DNA of 63,945 nt, the filler included, from Octopus bimaculoides (lineage: Eukaryota), in assembly GCF_001194135.2 (NCBI RefSeq). It is 9 parts of 9 records of this genome, joined end to end, with 100 filler letters (N's around TTAATTAATTAA, not from the genome) between each part and the next. Parts side by side here need not be neighbours in the genome. Positions count along the whole stretch, not along the records: positions 53,944 to 59,769 come from NC_069005.1; positions 59,870 to 62,729 come from NC_068993.1; positions 62,830 to 63,945 come from NW_026357977.1; 6 more parts are not named here. One strand, 5' to 3'. Under the pieces are notes generated by a model, which was given only the letters and a program-made list of their open reading frames with translations, ran no database searches and was not told the DNA's origin. Positions within the stretch are counted from its first letter, which is position 1, and the number at the start of each line of letters is the position of its first letter. Shown here one piece after another: positions 59,058 to 63,945 of this stretch. A program made the position numbers and the translations under genes.

Positions 59058-59245
59058 AGCAAGCTGGCAGAATTGCTAGCATGCTGGACAAGCTGCCCAA
59101 TAACATTTCTTTCGGCTCTCTATGTTCTGAGTTCAAATTCTGTCAAGACCAACATTGACTTTTATCCTTTCAGGGGCAATAAACTAAATACCAGTCACGC
59201 ACTGAGGTTGATGTAATTCACTCCCCCCCCCATCCAACAAAATTA
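59058..59245 (+). mobile_element. SINE family B, diverged
   Basis: aagctggcagaattgctagcatgctggac..gttctgagttcaaattctg..aaataccagtcacgcactgaggttgatgtaat. Confidence 0.8.
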
Positions 59246-59869
59246 AGCTTCCCAGTATATTTAAAAAAAACAAAACAAAAAGCCCCAGGAAGGCAAGAGA
59301 CCAGCAGCCAGTTTTAGTTAAGATGTTGGTAGTTTCAATGGCATAGGATCACAGAGTGTATATAATACAGTCTATACATTACAATAGGGTTGCTACTTAA
59401 ATATTAAAAATGAGGTGACAGATACATCACGTACATACAGGTGAACATACACGCATACATATAAACACATACTTACTTATTATAATGTATTTTTAAAAAA
59501 AATTATTTATAACATAAATTAGAATATATATATACTCAAATATAAACATATTTAATAAGATGCGTGAATACATACATACATGTATATTCATATACAAATC
59601 TCTCACTCTCTCTTTCTCTCTTTCTCCCGTTCTCCCTCATTCTCTAAATACATGTGTCTGTTCATACATATGTACATAGACAGGCAAGCATGTAGAAACA
59701 TATATGAATATATATGTATAGATATATATATATGGATATAAATATATGTATAGGTATATATATATATATNNNNNNNNNNNNNNNNNNNNNNNNNNNNNNN
59801 NNNNNNNNNNNNNTTAATTAATTAANNNNNNNNNNNNNNNNNNNNNNNNNNNNNNNNNNNNNNNNNNNN

Positions 59870-59907
<38 letters not shown>

Positions 59908-59909
<2 letters not shown>

Positions 59910-59965
59910 AGCAGTAAGAAGGCAGAATTGTTTGCACGCCGAGCGAAATGTTTAACAGTATTTGC
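59908..59965 (+). mobile_element. SINE family B head fragment after (TTA)n
   Basis: aaagcagtaagaaggcagaattgtttgcacgccgagcgaaatgtttaacagtattt. Confidence 0.65.
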
Positions 59966-60628
59966 CGAGTAATTTTTTTTTTCTTTTTCAATTTAAAAGA
60001 GAGAAAAAGAAATACACAAAAACAACATCACCACAGATCACTAATTAATTAAAAAAGTTTAAACACACAGCAAAATATTTTGCATGTATCCAGATATAAT
60101 CAATCTTAGAGTGATCAATATAGTCATACAACTAAAGATATTTATGCCATGGTAACACTAGATATTTTTTTCAGTATTAAAATAGCAAAACGTTGGCTAG
60201 AACCTGTCACAAATCTTATATAAAAATTGACCTTTTTCAAATGAATAATGTTTTTTATGATGGAAGAAATAGTGGTAAAAAATAGTATATGATTGTAGAC
60301 ATGAATGTCACTGTATGAAAATATCTCACTTAGAGAACTGCAAAAACTTTGTAAGCACGAAGACTTAAAAACAGAAATATCTGGGATAAGGGGATTAAGA
60401 ATCGAATACGTCCTACGTTATTCTGCGATCGATATTTTTTAAATTTATAAATATACACATTGAGAGGATCAGGGGATTATTTCATGTAGAACATGAACAA
60501 AAAATAGCATTGCAAGACAGATATATACCCTTCATTGAGCATTAAGTGTACGATTTACACATGTATACACATGCAATACATGAACGCACCAACAGGCACA
60601 TTTGAATTACACATATACACATACAGAC

Positions 60629-60675
<47 letters not shown>

Positions 60676-60716
60676 CATACATACATATAGATAGATAGAA
60701 AGATATATATATATAG

Positions 60717-60796
<80 letters not shown>

Positions 60797-61540
60797 TTAA
60801 ACATACACATGCAAATATCTGCAATGAAAATCGCAGATATACACACTTTTGCGCACACATATAAATACACATTAACACGCATGTACACATATTCACATTT
60901 ACATATACATACACATATAAAAACATTCACATAAATACACCAGGAAGATGTAATCAGCCATACACTCACATACTCACATACTCAGTTATACATCCATACA
61001 CACAAACGCATAGATAGAAGTAGGCAAATTGTACACTGTGAAAGTGGGACAAGAAAAAGTATAAAGATGTAAAAGAAAGACAACTCAGCAGAGAAAGTGA
61101 ATGCAGTTGCATTGAAGTATTGTAACGGAAATATAAACGACGATGTATAAAATTATAATATTAACTATTACTAACTATGGACAAAAAACAAATGTTTGTT
61201 GTTATTTTGTTGACGGAGTTTAAGGGGTTTTAAATAATGTGTGTGTATATGTATATAAATATATATATATACACAAAGAGACAGACAGACAGACAGACAG
61301 ACAGATAGACTGACAAACAAACAGAGCTATAAACTTTTGATGCTATGTATCGCACTCACTCTCGTTCTTCTGCCCTTCCGGTTCCCAAGGGTATGACTTT
61401 TACTGTCAGAAACATAGCAGCTGGTTATTCTTCTGGAACCCCAGTCTCTTGCCTTTTGTTGCAGCACCTATGACAGAACATGGCTCCACAATATCTCTAT
61501 CGTCTTCAGGTCTCATTAGGACTGATATAATTGTGTGCTT

Positions 61541-61605
<65 letters not shown>

Positions 61606-62324
61606 NNNNNNNNNNGTGTGTGTGTGTGTGTGTGTGCGTGCGTATGCGTGTGTGTTTGTGTTTGCATACGTCTGTATATGTGTTTGCATATATGAGTATG
61701 TGCGCATTTCCATATACTAAACAACATGTCCACAGTATTTATGAGGCTACTTATTAATGCATCAATACATTATTACAATACAACTGATGATGGTCGAATA
61801 CATTAGCATGTATTTAAATAATCAGAGAAAACGATAGTTGAGAACAGCATATTGAAAATAGTAAAAATTGCTGAAAAGTAGAAATTTCACGGCTGATATG
61901 TAATTGAATTATTCTCTACAGCTGTTTCAACTTTTCTCCTGATAGAACTGATATCCCTTTACATTTAAATTAATTAATTGCGTGTGTTAATTACACAATT
62001 ATACAAAGGATAATGCTGTTATACAATTTATTAAAGCAGCTGTAAAGAACAATTAAATTATAAATCATCTGTGAAAATTCTGCATTTTCCCATTTTCAGT
62101 ATTCAACATTTGTTTGTGTGTGTGTAAGTGTGTGTGTGTGTGCGTATGGGTGTGTGTAAGTGTGTATGCGTGTGTATGCGTGACCACGTGCGTGTGTGTG
62201 TGTATAGTATCTAGGCACTTCCAATCTGTACTGTATCACAAGTGTGACTACCTGTCAAGTACCAATGCCATTTCCAAAATCTTAAACCGTAACCATTGTT
62301 TTCCTTTATCCTATGTATTTTGGT

Positions 62325-62711
62325 TGGTGGAGGCGCAATGGCCCAGTGGTTAGGGGAGCAGACTCGCGGTCATTGGATCGCGGTTTCGATTCCATGACCG
62401 AGCGTTGTGAGTGTTTATTGAGTGAAAACAGCAAAAGCTCCACGAGGCTCCGGCAGGGGATGGTGGCGAACCCTGCTGTACTCTTCCACCATAACTTTCT
62501 CTCACTCTTACTTCTTGTTTCTGTTGTACCTGTAACTCAAAGGGTCAGCCTTGTCACACTGTGTCACGCTGAATCTCCCCGAGAACTACGTTAAGGGTAC
62601 ACGTGTCTGTGGAGTGCTCAGCCACTTGCACGTTAATTTCACGAGCAGGCTGTTCCGTTGATCGGATCAACTGGAACTTTCGACGTCGTAAGTGACGGAG
62701 TGCCAACAACA
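62325..62711 (+). mobile_element. SINE family C, full-length, with 12-bp target-site duplication
   Basis: tRNA-like head (A box tggcccagtggt, B box ggtttcgattcc); tail gacggagtgccaacaac; ATGTATTTTGGT at 62313-62324 and 62712-62723. Confidence 0.93.
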
Positions 62712-62829
62712 ATGTATTTTGGTACAAACNNNNNNNNNNNNNNNNNNNNNNNNNNNNNNNNNNNNNNNNNNNNTTAATTAATTAANNNNNNNNNNNNNNN
62801 NNNNNNNNNNNNNNNNNNNNNNNNNNNNN

Positions 62830-63040
62830 GTTTCCTGATCTCTTGTTCTAAAAGTCCTTAGAATCCATCCGGTCAGTCGACTGCATTTCATTGACAATTT
62901 AGCAACATGAACATGAAAGGATGCAGTGTTACTCATGTAGATGCCCAGGTCTCGCACTGTCTCTGCCTCTGGGATTGCAGTCCCTCCAGGTCCAGTGTAT
63001 ATAATGGGTTCTGCATTTAGTCTTGCATGCTGATATGTAG
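62830..63040 (-). mobile_element. CR1/L2-group LINE reverse transcriptase C-terminal fragment
   Basis: Open minus frame ...IPEAETVRDLGIYMSNTASFHVHVAKLSMKCSRLTGWILRTFRTRDQE (xDLG motif, ILRTF). Confidence 0.85.
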
Positions 63041-63244
63041 ATTTTAATATTTTACGATTCGCCTATATTGTATACTTAGGTAATTCTAAAGTAGGAATTT
63101 AATTAAGGTTTACTCGTAAAGAGGCTTGCATCTTCACTGGTTAAGATCAATTAATAACCGAGGTTATATATGTAAAATAAAATTTAGAGATAGAAATTTC
63201 TTTCGATTATGAAGACAATTTTTCGTTACTAATTCTAAGGAGAG

Positions 63245-63492
<248 letters not shown>

Positions 63493-63796
63493 TTTCAATG
63501 CATTGACAGATACATTGAATTATGCAGAAAATCTATTAGATGGATAAAAAATTATATAATACTTATTCCTATGAGGAATTTATAGATGTATGCAAAATAA
63601 AGGGAACATATTAAATTGCTTTTTTAAAGACATCACTACTTATTCTAAAATAAATGTTATATTCAAGAACAATGTGTTACCTCCCTTTGTTTATCTGGGG
63701 AGGATGAATTAGGATTAATTGACAGATGAAATAAATTTAGAAAGCGGTATGTGGCAGATATAGCGAAGCATACTGAAAGTATGAATATAAATTATG

Positions 63797-63945
63797 TGTC
63801 GTGGCACTCCGTCGGTTATGACGACGAGTGTTCCAGTTGACCCGATCAACGGAACGACCTGCTCGTGCAATTAATATGCAAGTAGCTGAGCACTTCACAG
63901 ACACGTGTACCTTTAACGTAGTTCTCGGGGAGATTCAGTGTGACA
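63797..63945 (-). mobile_element. SINE family C, 3' part (cut by the window end)
   Basis: Reverse complement of ~62550-62711 (ctgaatctccccgagaactacgttaa.ggtacacgtgtctgtg...gttccgttgatcgg.tcaactggaac). Confidence 0.92.

Noticed and set aside
61454-61495. Minus-strand RYCGAMFCHRCC resembling part of a FYVE finger
   Set aside because: Bounded by nearby in-frame stops; the R(R/K)HHC motif and remaining cysteines are absent

Overview
Eukaryotic, AT-rich, microsatellite-saturated and gap-riddled genomic DNA. It is almost certainly from an octopus; this is inferred from my recollection of octopus SINE families and the repeat landscape, not from a database search. There are no prokaryotic genes, rRNA, genuine tRNA or CRISPR arrays. 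The first ~56 kb are intergenic-like and hold many decayed mobile elements. Retroelements: three tRNA-headed SINE families (labelled A, B, C here), a partly intact L1/Tx1-type LINE, RTE and CR1-type LINE fragments, two restriction-like-endonuclease (RLE) retrotransposon 3' ends lodged in microsatellites (one Dong/R4-like in (TAA)n), and Penelope-like RT and GIY-YIG fragments with hammerhead-ribozyme-like motifs in associated repeats. DNA transposons: four Tc1/mariner-lineage elements, a FLYWCH-MULE, a Chapaev3-like element and several MITEs/foldbacks. The only convincing host gene signal is a 5' end on the + strand: an Inr+DPE-spaced core promoter at 56905-56938, a first exon ending ATG|gtaagt at 57128, and a Pro/Tyr-rich coding exon ending at 57815. 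I cannot name the gene. Almost all other ORFs in the track are translations of simple repeats or N gaps. Eight N-flanked TTAATTAATTAA strings are assembly gap markers, so adjacency across them is uncertain. Translations and alignments were done by eye; many element boundaries are approximate.
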